Below, one piece after another: positions 1 to 9,977 of a stretch of DNA of 19,832 bases. The notes beneath the pieces are model-generated. The model ran no database searches. It was not told where the DNA came from and saw only the letters and a list, made by a program, of their open reading frames with translations. A program made the translations under genes and the position numbers. The DNA lies in the IMG/VR virus record IMGVR_UViG_2585427787_000008; one strand, given 5' to 3'. This DNA is from a virus. Lineage: Duplodnaviria; Heunggongvirae; Uroviricota; Caudoviricetes. How positions within the stretch are numbered: the stretch's first letter is position 1; every line of letters starts with the position of its first letter.

Positions 1-317
1 ATGACAGGCTCCGGAAGACGGTTGTTGCGCACGTATTCGGTGAACGCACTATGGCGACGCTGGGGCGTCTTATGAGCCTGCTGTCACCCTTTGACGTGGT
101 GATATGGATGACGGATGGCTGGCCGCTGTATGAATCCCGCCTGAAGGGAAAGCTGCACGTAATCAGCAAGCGATATACGCAGCGAATTGAGCGGCATAAC
201 CTGAATCTGAGGCAGCACCTGGCACGGCTGGGACGGAAGTCGCTGTCGTTCTCAAAATCGGTGGAGCTGCATGACAAAGTCATCGGGCATTATCTGAACA
301 TAAAACACTATCAATAA
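1..317 (+). CDS. insB: IS1 transposase InsB, C-terminal part (5'-truncated by window edge; reading frame begins at position 3)
   Basis: Translation ...[104 protein letters not shown] is the IS1 InsB C-terminus. Confidence 0.85.
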   Translation, partial: DRLRKTVVAHVFGERTMATLGRLMSLLSPFDVVIWMTDGWPLYESRLKGKLHVISKRYTQRIERHNLNLRQHLARLGRKSLSFSKSVELHDKVIGHYLNIKHYQ

Positions 318-332
318 GTTGGAGTCATTACC
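1..332 (+). mobile_element. IS1 insertion sequence, partial (3' portion; window starts inside the element); right terminal inverted repeat ends ...GTTGGAGTCATTACC at 332
   Basis: Sequence matches the IS1 insB 3' region and right IR as recalled; insB frame ends ...[10 protein letters not shown] at 315..317. Basis: seen in sequence plus established knowledge of IS1. Confidence 0.9.
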
Positions 333-542
333 CAGGATCTGTATCCGGGATGGTTTGTAAGTTACAAGGCCGATGTTGTGGAACCTGGTTCGAAATATGC
401 AAGTGCGCGCTACTCCAGGGGGAATGGGGCATTACCAAAAGACTGCCGAATAATCTTCTTCCATGGCAAACCGCGACCGCGTGAAGTGTCAGAGGATTGG
501 CTTCCTCTCATTAGCGCGTTTTTTGAGCAAGAATCAGAATAA
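333..542 (+). pseudogene. Possible 3' remnant of a gene disrupted by the IS1 insertion (70 stop-free codons with no start codon, ending ...FFEQESE* at 540..542)
   Basis: The frame is open from the first base after the IS1 right end to TAA at 540..542 and has no in-frame ATG. A 70-codon open run by chance is only moderately unlikely (about 0.03), so this is tentative. Confidence 0.3.
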
Positions 543-543
543 T

Positions 544-560
544 ATTGCTCTAATAATTCC
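544..560 (+). promoter_or_regulatory. P1 C1-repressor operator-like site ATTGCTCTAATAATTCC (14/17 match to recalled consensus ATTGCTCTAATAAATTT)
   Basis: Direct match to the asymmetric 17-bp C1 operator consensus, embedded in a roughly 40-bp block that recurs at 2675..2725. Confidence 0.6.
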
Positions 561-568
561 ATATTTTT

Positions 569-598
569 AAAACGTGATGTACACTCATCACGTTTTTT
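569..598 (+). terminator. Hairpin (11-bp stem AAAACGTGATG / CATCACGTTTT, loop TACACT) followed by a T-run; candidate intrinsic terminator, possibly bidirectional
   Basis: Perfect inverted repeat 569..579 / 586..596 with T6 at 593..598. The stem is AT-rich, so strength is uncertain. Confidence 0.4.
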
Positions 599-609
599 AT
601 TAGAGCAAT
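593..609 (-). promoter_or_regulatory. C1 operator-like site on minus strand (ATTGCTCTAATAAAAAA, 14/17)
   Basis: Reverse complement of 593..609 matches the operator consensus; inverted relative to the site at 544..560 and 15 bp upstream of the ORF starting at 624. Confidence 0.55.
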
Positions 610-623
610 TTACAAGGTGCACT

Positions 624-842
624 ATGTGGCCATTCCGACGGAAATATCACTACTGGCTGATCGCCTTTGTTACACCGACCGGCGGTATCAGGCATGTCAT
701 CACCAGGTATCGCAACAAGAGACTCACCTTAGCCAGAATTTTACAGGCTGCCATAGGTGAGGGACTGGATACAAATTGCGTAGTCCTTCCTCCTTCATAC
801 TTAGGAAAAATGACCGAAGCACAAGCTAATACGGAACTTTGA
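624..842 (+). CDS. Hypothetical small protein (72 aa), possibly C1-controlled
   Basis: ATG at 624 with an AGGTG Shine-Dalgarno-like motif 4 nt upstream, directly downstream of an operator-like site. No recognisable domain; it competes with an overlapping minus-strand ORF (650..871). Confidence 0.25.
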   Translation: MWPFRRKYHYWLIAFVTPTGGIRHVITRYRNKRLTLARILQAAIGEGLDTNCVVLPPSYLGKMTEAQANTEL

Positions 843-990
843 AATGAGCACTTCAGCATAAAAGCAATCAATCGAAAATGTATCTATCCCTGATGTCCTG
901 AATGCCGGTATCCCGGCCATTATCCAGAACATCCGGGCCGCGCAACGCCGCGTTAGTTGTGATGACCTCACAGCACGTTTTTTTGATAAT

Positions 991-2106
991 GTGGTTCAGT
1001 CAGCGGAGATGCTTCACGCACAGCTTATTGATGTTTATAACGCAGAAGCTGATAGCCATAACTCCCTGGTAGATGCAGCTGAAAATATGCAGTTGGATCT
1101 CGGTCTGAAGGGTAAAGAAATTGAAGAGCTTCAGCTGCAAATTGAACATTTGAAACGCCAGCAACAGGACGCGATCGACGATGCGACGCATGACGCCAAC
1201 CAGCGTGCTGATAATGCCGAACGTATAAGCATTGAGCTGGAAACAAAACTCAATGAAATGACCGCGATGGTTGAACTGCGGAACTCACAGATTTCAACGC
1301 TAAAATCTCAATATAAAGAGATCATGAAACTTGATCCTTTTAACCTTGAGAAACGCTATAACAAAGCTAAAAGCGAGCGACAGGAACTGCGTAAGCAGGT
1401 CGCCGACCTTAACCAACAGCTCAAAAAAACTATTAAAGATGCAAGCGAAGCGCGCGTGGCATTTGCTAATAAAAAAGCAGAGGTTACCGCGCTGGTTAAT
1501 GAGAATGCCAAATTTGCGACGCTCAAGAAGGAAATGTATGGCATTACTGAGCGCCGTTTCCCTGCAAGCAAACTTCATCCGACGTTAGGGCAAATCTCCT
1601 TCTTCCCGCGCCTCCTGGCTTATGGGATCTCATCGCCTAAAGAGTTCAATAACGAGCGTCCTTATATCGTTTCTAAGCTGGACTTTGCTTATCAGTTCTG
1701 CTGCGACATGGGCTATGCCATTGATATCCGAATCAACGAATGGTTGATGCCAAACTTCCAGCCGTTGGCCATTTTCCGCGAGTTCCAGCCGGAAGGTTGG
1801 GTAGAGTTCTTCCATGAATTGATCTGTAAAGAGATGGAAAGCCGCCGCCCGGAATTGGTCCGTCGAGTTGAGTGGGCGCAAGAGGTTATGTTGGCAGATG
1901 CAGAGCTGCCGTTCGAACCGGAATTCATTGATGATCTGGCAACTAAAGGGTTGCATACTCTGTTTGATGTGGTTACCCGCCGTCATGAGCAGTTGGTTGT
2001 CGAATTGGGTTTAGAGGAAACAGCGGCAAGAAGACTTCTCGATGTTTGCTATGCACGTAGCGATGCATGGGAAAAAGAGAACGGCGGCACTATTTACGTC
2101 CGCTGA
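991..2106 (+). CDS. Hypothetical protein, 371 aa: N-terminal ~190 aa coiled-coil-like (heptad-rich, charged), C-terminal ~180 aa globular domain of unknown function
   Basis: Long ORF with protein-like composition and its own downstream intrinsic terminator. The start is uncertain: GTG 991 or ATG 1009, neither with a good SD, and the same frame is open upstream to 862. Confidence 0.6.
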   Translation: MVQSAEMLHAQLIDVYNAEADSHNSLVDAAENMQLDLGLKGKEIEELQLQIEHLKRQQQDAIDDATHDANQRADNAERISIELETKLNEMTAMVELRNSQISTLKSQYKEIMKLDPFNLEKRYNKAKSERQELRKQVADLNQQLKKTIKDASEARVAFANKKAEVTALVNENAKFATLKKEMYGITERRFPASKLHPTLGQISFFPRLLAYGISSPKEFNNERPYIVSKLDFAYQFCCDMGYAIDIRINEWLMPNFQPLAIFREFQPEGWVEFFHELICKEMESRRPELVRRVEWAQEVMLADAELPFEPEFIDDLATKGLHTLFDVVTRRHEQLVVELGLEETAARRLLDVCYARSDAWEKENGGTIYVR

Positions 2107-2127
2107 TAGTTACAGTGTCACTTTTAA

Positions 2128-2159
2128 TGCTGGTGGAGTGCGCCCACCAGCATTTTTTT
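2128..2159 (+). terminator. Rho-independent terminator (9-bp stem TGCTGGTGG / CCACCAGCA, 7-nt loop, then T7)
   Basis: Perfect GC-rich hairpin 2128..2152 followed by TTTTTTT 2153..2159, 22 bp after the stop of the 371-aa ORF. Confidence 0.7.
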
Positions 2160-2178
2160 CGTCCAATGAGGAGGGCAT

Positions 2179-2685
2179 TTGAGTATTTTCAATAAACATG
2201 CACACCAGGAACGTCCGTATATCGTCATAGTCGATATTGATGGAACAATATCAGAGGCAACTGAAGACAGACTGCATTTGCTTCCGCCACCAGGTAAAGG
2301 TGCATTAACAAAGGACTGGAACGAGTTTAATCTCGCCTGTGACACCGATACTCCAATCACTCCAGTTATTGATATGGTGCGCCAGTTATTTAACGTTTAC
2401 ACGGTCTGGTTTGTAACCGGGCGCTGTGAGATCGCAAGGGATAAAACACGAGCCTGGCTGCGGAAGTACGTAACAAACGGGGCTGAGCCTTTGCTATCTA
2501 TGCGTCCTGCCACCGATGACAGAAATGACGGCCCAGCAAAGATTGATCTCCTTAAGAAAATTGGTATAAGCAAAATTGCGTTCGCGCTGGAAGATAAGAT
2601 TGAAGTGGCGCGTGTTTTCAGGAGGCACGGCGTGCTTACGTTAATGGTCAGGGAGTATGAAAATGCGCTTCTTCATCAACAATAA
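2179..2685 (+). CDS. Hypothetical HAD-superfamily-like hydrolase/phosphatase (168 aa)
   Basis: TTG start with a strong SD (GAGGAGG, 4-nt spacer). N-terminal IVIVDIDGT matches HAD motif I (DxDGT); VWFVTGR, a downstream Lys and a C-terminal acidic pair (ALEDK) fit motifs II-IV. Fold assignment is inference from motifs only. Confidence 0.55.
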   Translation: MSIFNKHAHQERPYIVIVDIDGTISEATEDRLHLLPPPGKGALTKDWNEFNLACDTDTPITPVIDMVRQLFNVYTVWFVTGRCEIARDKTRAWLRKYVTNGAEPLLSMRPATDDRNDGPAKIDLLKKIGISKIAFALEDKIEVARVFRRHGVLTLMVREYENALLHQQ

Positions 2686-2701
2686 TTGCTCTAATAAATC
2701 A
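2685..2701 (+). promoter_or_regulatory. C1 operator-like site ATTGCTCTAATAAATCA (15/17), with candidate -35 TTGCTC and -10 TAAAAC (2709..2714) reading rightward
   Basis: Operator consensus match starting at the stop codon of the 168-aa ORF; the same block architecture as at 533..583. Confidence 0.6.
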
Positions 2702-2722
2702 TGATTTTTAAAACAGGGAAAG

Positions 2723-2755
2723 TGAAAATAAAAACATGCCGCAAGGCGCGGCATG
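2723..2755 (-). terminator. Intrinsic terminator oriented for minus-strand transcripts (8-bp stem CATGCCGC / GCGGCATG, loop AAGGC, then a U-run in minus-strand sense)
   Basis: Plus strand shows an A-tract 2723..2734 then the hairpin 2735..2755, which on the minus strand is hairpin plus UUUUUAUUUU. It lies downstream of hsdR in minus orientation. Confidence 0.5.
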
Positions 2756-2783
2756 TATCCAATCAATCACAGGAGCTGAAAAT

Positions 2784-2870
2784 ATGAACACGGCATTCAA
2801 AATCATTATGGCCGCGATCTATTTCTGGCTGTTCTCTATCACTTTTGGCGGCATCGTCGCGCATGGGTAA
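2784..2870 (+). CDS. Candidate small hydrophobic peptide, 28 aa (MNTAFKIIMAAIYFWLFSITFGGIVAHG), single predicted transmembrane helix
   Basis: ATG at 2784 preceded by AGGAG with a 7-nt spacer, downstream of the operator-like promoter at 2685..2714. Too short for the ORF track; the call rests on SD quality and context only. Confidence 0.3.
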   Translation: MNTAFKIIMAAIYFWLFSITFGGIVAHG

Positions 2871-2949
2871 GGGGAGTATATTAGCCATTTGAAACCCCAC
2901 GGTCTCTTGCGGGTTTAATTAAGAACCCGCAAGAAAAACACGAATTGGG

Positions 2950-5900
2950 CTATATTTTTCCGCCTACGCCTTTAAACTTCTCAATAAACGAGACGATTTT
3001 CTGGAAAACTGCCTGTTTTTTCGTTTTATATTGCGGATTCAACGGACTAAGTTTTGGTAATGTTTCGTTTAATTCTGTGCCATTTTCTGTGGCATATTCG
3101 CGTTTTAAAGACGTGCGAATATAGCGTTTTGCTGCATCTTCATTGAGATTTTCTTCTTTTATCAATGCTTCTGCTTCACGTTGCTGTTCGCGTTGAGCAA
3201 ACGTAAAGAATGCGTCAATGATGCTGGCTTTGTCCGGTAAATCATCCAGGTTCGTTTGCTGAATAAAATCGACCACCAGGCCCTCTTTAGCACGGTTCCC
3301 TAGGCTTGAACGAATTAAGCGTTTAACCTCTTCGATCATTTCGCCCTTGCCTTTATTTTGTCTGTTGTGTTCGAAAATCAGTCCAAGGATATAATCCAGG
3401 TTTATTTCCTGAGACTTCAGCAAATCGACCTCAAAAACTACGTCATCCCAGTCAGTGGTTGATTTCTCTTTTTTCTCAGCTTCTTTCTCACGGCGCTGCC
3501 AGTCGCGAATATCGTTATAGGCAGAACGATAATCCTGAATCTTGCGATCAGCAGGGAGACGAATTGTTTGCAATTCAGCGAGCTTTTCATCATCCACATA
3601 ATGTTCTGCTTTGAATTTTTCTACTGCAACAGGATCGCTAAGATCGATTTGTTGCAGGGCTTTCAGCGTGGCAAATTCATCATAGTTTTGCAGGATGTTC
3701 TCGGCACGCAGGTATTCACCAAACAGTTTAACGAAGTCTTTCTTCTCTTTTTCACTTTCAATACTGGCAGGGTCAGGGAACCGTTGTTCCAGTTCTGAAA
3801 CTACTGCCATAAAGCCGCGCTTAGCTTCACCAGTGGCAGCATCAGTAAAGCCTTCCATATACTCTGCATAACTCTTTTCTAAAACCACATTTTTGGTGTT
3901 TTTGTCACCAAACAGCGTTATGGCATCAATAGTTGAGCGTTCCAGATCCCGGAAAGTGACGATATTACCGAAGGTTTTAGTTGCATCATAAATACGGTTG
4001 GTGCGGGAAAATGCCTGCATCAAGCCGTGAAAACGCAGGTTTTTATCGACGAATAGCGTGTTCAATGTTGGAGCATCGAAGCCAGTTAAAAACATCCCCA
4101 CGACAATTAACAGATCGATATCCTGATTTTTAACCCGTTGGGCTAAATCGCGATAGTAGTTCTGAAAACCGTTACCGTCGGTGCTGAAGTTAGTTTTAAA
4201 ATAGCTGTTATACTCACGAATTGCAGCGTCAAGAAACTCTTTAGCACTGCTGTCCATTGCGCTGGTATCAAAAGTTTCATCGGAAATTTCACCAATGGCA
4301 TTTTGTTCTTCATTGGCAGCAAAGGAGAAGATTGTCGCAACACGCAGCGGTTTATAGGTAGCCGATTTATTAGCTGCTTCCTCTTGTAACCGTTTAAACG
4401 CCGCGTAATAGGCTTTTGCAGCATCCACGCTGCTCACTGCCAACATAGCATTAAAACCTTTTGAGCCAGGGAAGGTGCGGTGGGTTTTCTGGCGGAAATT
4501 ATTCAGAATATATTGCGTGATTTCCTGTATACGCATGGGATGAAGAAACGCCTGCTGATTTTCAGCCGCACTTAGTTTTTTCTCGTCAGTTTCTGTCTCT
4601 AAAGACTTAAACTGTGGCCGCACATCGTTGTAGTCCACCTTGAATTTGAGCACTTTTTCATCACGAATCGCATCGGTAATTACATACGAATGCAATTCAC
4701 GACCAAATACGCTGGCGGTCGTTTCTGAGCCTAAGGCATTTTCCGGGAAAATAGGGGTGCCGGTAAAACCAAACTGATAATAGCGTTTGAATTTCTTCTT
4801 CAGGTTTTTCTGCGCTTCTCCAAACTGGCTGCGGTGACATTCATCAAATATAAACACCACTTGCTGATTGTATACAGGCAGGTCGCTTTCTGCTTTCATC
4901 AGGTTATTGAGTTTCTGAATAGTAGTGACGATAATTTTGTTATCGTCCTTATCCAGATTTCGTTTAAGGCCTGCGGTATTTTCCGAGCCGTTGACGCTGT
5001 CTGGCGAAAAACGCTGATATTCCTTCATGGTCTGGTAATCGAGGTCTTTCCTGTCGACCACAAAGAAGACTTTATCAATAAAGTCCAGCTCTGTTGCCAG
5101 ACGCGCGGCTTTAAAGCTGGTGAGGGTTTTACCAGAACCGGTAGTGTGCCAGATATACCCACCGCTTTCCGGTTTTGACCAGTTCTTCGCTGTAAAGGAA
5201 CTCTTAATTTTCCACAGAATGCGCTCGGTGGCGGCAATCTGGTACGGTCGCATCACCAGTAGCGTCTGACTACTGTCAAAAACGCTGTAGTTCACCAGAA
5301 CATTCAGCAGAGTATGTTTCTGGAAAAAGGTAGCGGTAAAGTCTTTGAGGTCTTTAATCAGCGTATTGTCTGATTTCGCCCAATTCATGGTGAAGTCAAA
5401 ACTGTTTTTATCGCGCTTTGTCGTGTTGGCAAAATAACGGGTATCGGTGCCGTTAGAAATGACAAACAGTTGCAGATACTTAAACAGGGAATTTTCGTTG
5501 TTAAAACTCTCTTTACTGTAACGATGTATCTGGTTGAAAGCCTCACGAATCGCCACCCCGCGTTTTTTTAGTTCGATTTGCACCAGCGGTAAACCATTAA
5601 CCAGGATCGTGACGTCATAACGGTTAGCATGAGAACCCGTCTGTTCAAACTGCTGGATAATCTGCACCTTATTGCGCATGAGATTCTTTTTATCTATCAA
5701 ATAGATGTTCTCAAGTCGCCCGTCGTCAAAAATAAAGTCGCAGATATAGTCGATATGGATTTTACGGGTTTTATCCAGAATACCATCGCTGGGGTTGTCC
5801 AGATACTGCTCCGTGAAGCGCCGCCACTCGCTGTCATTAAACATCACACCATTGAGGCTCTGAAGCTGTTCCCGAACATTAGACAGCATTGCCGACTGTG

Positions 5901-6066
5901 ATTTTACGGAAATAAATTCATAACCCTGATTCCGCAGGTCCTGAATCAGTTCACGTTCCAGGTCCGATTCGCTCTGGTAGCTGTCGCTTGTTTGCTCAGC
6001 TTTGATGTACTTATCAAGGACGATAAAGTTATTGGATTCAGCAATGGTGTGTGTTTGATGAGTCAT
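2950..6066 (-). CDS. hsdR: Type I restriction enzyme R subunit HsdR (1038 aa), EcoR124-like (family IC)
   Basis: Walker A TGSGKT and DEAH-type FDECHRSQ helicase motifs; N-terminal PD-(D/E)xK-like nuclease residues (YDVTIL ... QIELKK). Length matches EcoR124I HsdR as recalled. A 122-bp gap from hsdS fits a separate hsdR promoter. Confidence 0.93.
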   Translation of the reverse strand: MTHQTHTIAESNNFIVLDKYIKAEQTSDSYQSESDLERELIQDLRNQGYEFISVKSQSAMLSNVREQLQSLNGVMFNDSEWRRFTEQYLDNPSDGILDKTRKIHIDYICDFIFDDGRLENIYLIDKKNLMRNKVQIIQQFEQTGSHANRYDVTILVNGLPLVQIELKKRGVAIREAFNQIHRYSKESFNNENSLFKYLQLFVISNGTDTRYFANTTKRDKNSFDFTMNWAKSDNTLIKDLKDFTATFFQKHTLLNVLVNYSVFDSSQTLLVMRPYQIAATERILWKIKSSFTAKNWSKPESGGYIWHTTGSGKTLTSFKAARLATELDFIDKVFFVVDRKDLDYQTMKEYQRFSPDSVNGSENTAGLKRNLDKDDNKIIVTTIQKLNNLMKAESDLPVYNQQVVFIFDECHRSQFGEAQKNLKKKFKRYYQFGFTGTPIFPENALGSETTASVFGRELHSYVITDAIRDEKVLKFKVDYNDVRPQFKSLETETDEKKLSAAENQQAFLHPMRIQEITQYILNNFRQKTHRTFPGSKGFNAMLAVSSVDAAKAYYAAFKRLQEEAANKSATYKPLRVATIFSFAANEEQNAIGEISDETFDTSAMDSSAKEFLDAAIREYNSYFKTNFSTDGNGFQNYYRDLAQRVKNQDIDLLIVVGMFLTGFDAPTLNTLFVDKNLRFHGLMQAFSRTNRIYDATKTFGNIVTFRDLERSTIDAITLFGDKNTKNVVLEKSYAEYMEGFTDAATGEAKRGFMAVVSELEQRFPDPASIESEKEKKDFVKLFGEYLRAENILQNYDEFATLKALQQIDLSDPVAVEKFKAEHYVDDEKLAELQTIRLPADRKIQDYRSAYNDIRDWQRREKEAEKKEKSTTDWDDVVFEVDLLKSQEINLDYILGLIFEHNRQNKGKGEMIEEVKRLIRSSLGNRAKEGLVVDFIQQTNLDDLPDKASIIDAFFTFAQREQQREAEALIKEENLNEDAAKRYIRTSLKREYATENGTELNETLPKLSPLNPQYKTKKQAVFQKIVSFIEKFKGVGGKI

Positions 6067-6187
6067 AGCGCATCCTTTGTGCCGCCTGGCAAGGGCCGGA
6101 AAGGCGTTAAGAGTGACTTCCGGCGCGTAAAAAATAGTCTATATACAGACCGGATGTTACGATGGTTCGGTCTGTAATAATGGTCAA

Positions 6188-7425
<1,238 letters not shown>

Positions 7426-7429
<4 letters not shown>

Positions 7430-8988
7430 TTCTGCACCTCGCAGCCTTCAATTTCAGCCACAATCGCATCAATATCTTTACGCAACTGGTCGATTTTGCT
7501 GACCGTGGTTTTCAGCTCAGCATTTAGCTCAGCAATATCGATAGTTTCGCGGTTATCTTTCACTTCTACATAGCTGCTCACTGACAGGTTATAGTCATTC
7601 GCGACAACGGCCTCAAACGCGACAGATTTTGCCAGATGGGCAACATCTTCTTTGCTGGAAAATACCTGCATAATTTTTTCGATATGGGCATCGGTCAGGA
7701 TGTTGTTGTTAGTCTCTTTTTTGAACAGTTCGCTGGCGTCAATAAACTGAACTTTGGTATCCGTTTTATGTTTAGACAGCACCAGAATATTTACGGCAAT
7801 GGTGGTGCCAAAGAACAGGTTCGGTGCCAGTGAAATCACGGTTTCGACATAGTTATTGTCAACCAGATACTGACGGATTTTCTGCTCCGCGCCGCCACGG
7901 TAAAAAATGCCCGGGAAGCAGACAATCGCAGCACGACCTTTGGCAGAAAGATAGTTCAGCGCATGTAATACAAACGCAAAGTCAGCTTTGGATTTGGGGG
8001 CCAGAACGCCAGCCGGGGCAAAACGTTCATCGTTAATCAGCGTCGGGTCATCGCTGCCAATCCATTTCACCGAATACGGCGGGTTAGAAACGATGGCATC
8101 AAACGGGTTTTCATCTCTGAAGTGCGGCTCAGTCAGCGTATTGCCCAACTTGATATCAAACTTGTCGTAGTTGATGTTGTGCAAAAACATGTTCATACGC
8201 GCCAGGTTATAGGTCGTATGGTTGATCTCCTGACCAAAAAAGCCTTCTTCGATGATATGGTCATCAAACTGTTTTTTAGCCTGCAACAACAGCGAACCGG
8301 AACCTGCTGCCGGGTCGTAGATTTTGTTAACGTGGGTCTGGCCGTGCATTGCCAGTTGTGCAATCAGCTTAGAGACGTGCTGCGGTGTAAAGAACTCGCC
8401 GCCGGACTTACCGGCATTCGCCGCATAGTTAGAAATCAGGAACTCATAGGCATCGCCGAACAGGTCAATCTGATGTTCGTTGAAGTCGCCAAGTTTTAAT
8501 CCTTCAACCCCTTTCAGAACCGCGGCCAGGCGGGTATTTTTATCCTTAACGGTGTTACCCAGGCGGTTACTGGTGGTATCGAAATCAGCAAACAAACCTT
8601 TGATGTCAGCTTCTGAAGGGTAACCGTAAGCAGAACTTTCGATAGCAACGAAGATGCTGTTTAAATCTGCATTCAGTCTGTCATTGGTATTTGCTTTCGC
8701 AGCTACGTTGCAGAAAAGCTGACTTGGGTAGATGAAGTAGCCTTTGGTTTTGATGGCATCGTCTTTAATGTCATCAGTAATTACGCTGTCATCCAGTTTC
8801 GCATAACAGATGCTGTCATCACCGGCTTCAATATAGCTGGAAAAATTTTCGCTGATAAAACGGTAGAAAAGCGCGCCCAGAACGTATTGCTTAAAATCCC
8901 ATCCATCGACCGAACCTCTGACATCGTTAGCAATTTGCCAGATTTGACGATGAAGCTCTGCACGTTGTTGAATACTTGTCATTTTCAT
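7426..8988 (-). CDS. hsdM: Type I R-M N6-adenine DNA methyltransferase subunit HsdM (520 aa)
   Basis: AdoMet-binding motif [10 protein letters not shown] and catalytic NPPY motif (SNPPYS); N-terminus [17 protein letters not shown] resembles EcoR124I HsdM as recalled; first gene of the minus-strand operon. Confidence 0.93.
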
Positions 8989-9127
8989 CCACTTATTTCA
9001 GGCTTATGTAATTGGATGTGATTCTACAGCAACTTGGATGCTTTAGCAGTTCGGACATTAGGCTACGAATGACCTGCCTAGAGGTTTGTTAAGCCGCAAA
9101 GTGCTGGTGCTTTATGCCTGTGAAGTT

Positions 9128-9160
9128 TATAATTGTGTACACATAACGAGTACACGAGGT
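9128..9160 (+). promoter_or_regulatory. phd-doc promoter/operator region: -10 TATAAT (9128..9133), palindrome GTGTACAC (9135..9142), second half-site GTACAC (9150..9155), SD GAGG
   Basis: A consensus -10 hexamer and palindromic sites sit immediately upstream of phd, consistent with autoregulated TA promoters. Assigning them as Phd-binding sites is inference. Confidence 0.5.
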
Positions 9161-9164
9161 ATTT

Positions 9165-9386
9165 ATGCAATCCATTAACTTCCGTACCGCGCGCGGCAAC
9201 CTTTCTGAAGTGCTCAACAATGTTGAGGCCGGGGAAGAGGTTGAAATCACCCGCAGAGGCCGTGAGCCAGCAGTAATTGTCAGCAAGGCTACTTTCGAAG
9301 CCTACAAAAAAGCGGCGCTGGATGCTGAATTTGCATCCCTGTTTGACACCCTGGACTCCACCAACAAGGAACTGGTTAACCGATAA
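9165..9386 (+). CDS. phd: Antitoxin Phd (prevents host death), 73 aa
   Basis: Protein [49 protein letters not shown]... matches P1 Phd as recalled; stop overlaps the doc start (TAATG). Confidence 0.93.
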   Translation: MQSINFRTARGNLSEVLNNVEAGEEVEITRRGREPAVIVSKATFEAYKKAALDAEFASLFDTLDSTNKELVNR

Positions 9387-9766
9387 TGAGGCATATATCA
9401 CCGGAAGAACTTATTGCGCTTCATGATGCGAATATAAACCGCTACGGCGGCCTGCCGGGAATGTCAGATCCAGGTAGGGCAGAGGCCATTATCGGGAGAG
9501 TTCAGGCCAGAGTTGCCTACGAAGAGATCACCGACCTTTTCGAAGTCTCCGCCACCTACCTGGTGGCTACAGCGAGAGGGCATATATTCAATGATGCCAA
9601 TAAGCGTACCGCGCTAAACAGTGCGCTGTTATTTCTACGCCGTAACGGGGTGCAGGTATTTGATTCACCTGAACTGGCAGACCTTACCGTAGGGGCTGCG
9701 ACCGGAGAGATATCTGTATCTTCTGTCGCCGACACGTTACGTAGATTGTATGGTTCCGCGGAGTAG
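9386..9766 (+). CDS. doc: Toxin Doc (death on curing; Fic-fold), 126 aa
   Basis: Protein [22 protein letters not shown]... 126 aa, translationally coupled to phd; matches P1 Doc as recalled. Confidence 0.93.
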   Translation: MRHISPEELIALHDANINRYGGLPGMSDPGRAEAIIGRVQARVAYEEITDLFEVSATYLVATARGHIFNDANKRTALNSALLFLRRNGVQVFDSPELADLTVGAATGEISVSSVADTLRRLYGSAE

Positions 9767-9770
9767 ATTA

Positions 9771-9950
9771 ATGGCACGTAAATACAACAAATTGTCCCGT
9801 GAAGCGTTAAAGATGCTTCTTGATGGCGTGAGTCGCCGCGAGGTAAAGCAATACCTGGTTGGTAAGCAAATTGGTGCCAGGACAGCTATTGCTGTGTTAT
9901 GCCGTCAGGAAATGGTTGTGCTTAAACAGAGAATGCCGGGCAGCAGATAA
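9771..9950 (+). CDS. pdcA: Small protein downstream of doc (59 aa from ATG 9771; the ORF track gives an alternative start at 9750 inside doc), PdcA-like
   Basis: ATG 9771 lies 4 nt after the doc stop with GGAG 9 nt upstream. The name follows the P1 gene order recalled (phd-doc-pdcA-pdcB-lpa); function unknown. Confidence 0.45.
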   Translation: MARKYNKLSREALKMLLDGVSRREVKQYLVGKQIGARTAIAVLCRQEMVVLKQRMPGSR

Positions 9951-9977
9951 AGCCCAATCAGTGATTAAAGGTGTGAT

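Noticed and set aside
380-395. GGTTCGAAA, a tRNA T-loop-like motif suggesting a tRNA gene.
   Set aside because: No flanking complementary T-stem, acceptor stem or anticodon arm could be built; no tRNA structure is supported anywhere in the window.
410-871. Minus-strand ORFs 410..622 (70 aa) and 650..871 (73 aa).
   Set aside because: 410..622 runs through both operator-like sites and the hairpin terminator and is antisense to the IS1-disrupted remnant; 650..871 lacks start signals and overlaps the better-supported plus ORF. Both are low confidence.
3568-5901. Plus-strand ORFs inside hsdR (3568..3798, 4834..5178, 5629..5901) and the minus-strand ORFs 4143..4424 and 5025..5237.
   Set aside because: Shadow or alternate-frame ORFs wholly within the 1038-aa hsdR gene, which carries clear helicase and nuclease motifs; no independent start signals.
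7636-8963. Plus-strand ORFs 7636..7833, 7824..8036, 7988..8170, 8122..8499 and minus-strand ORF 8781..8963 inside hsdM.
   Set aside because: Antisense or alternate-frame shadows of hsdM (motifs [10 protein letters not shown] and NPPY are in the annotated frame).
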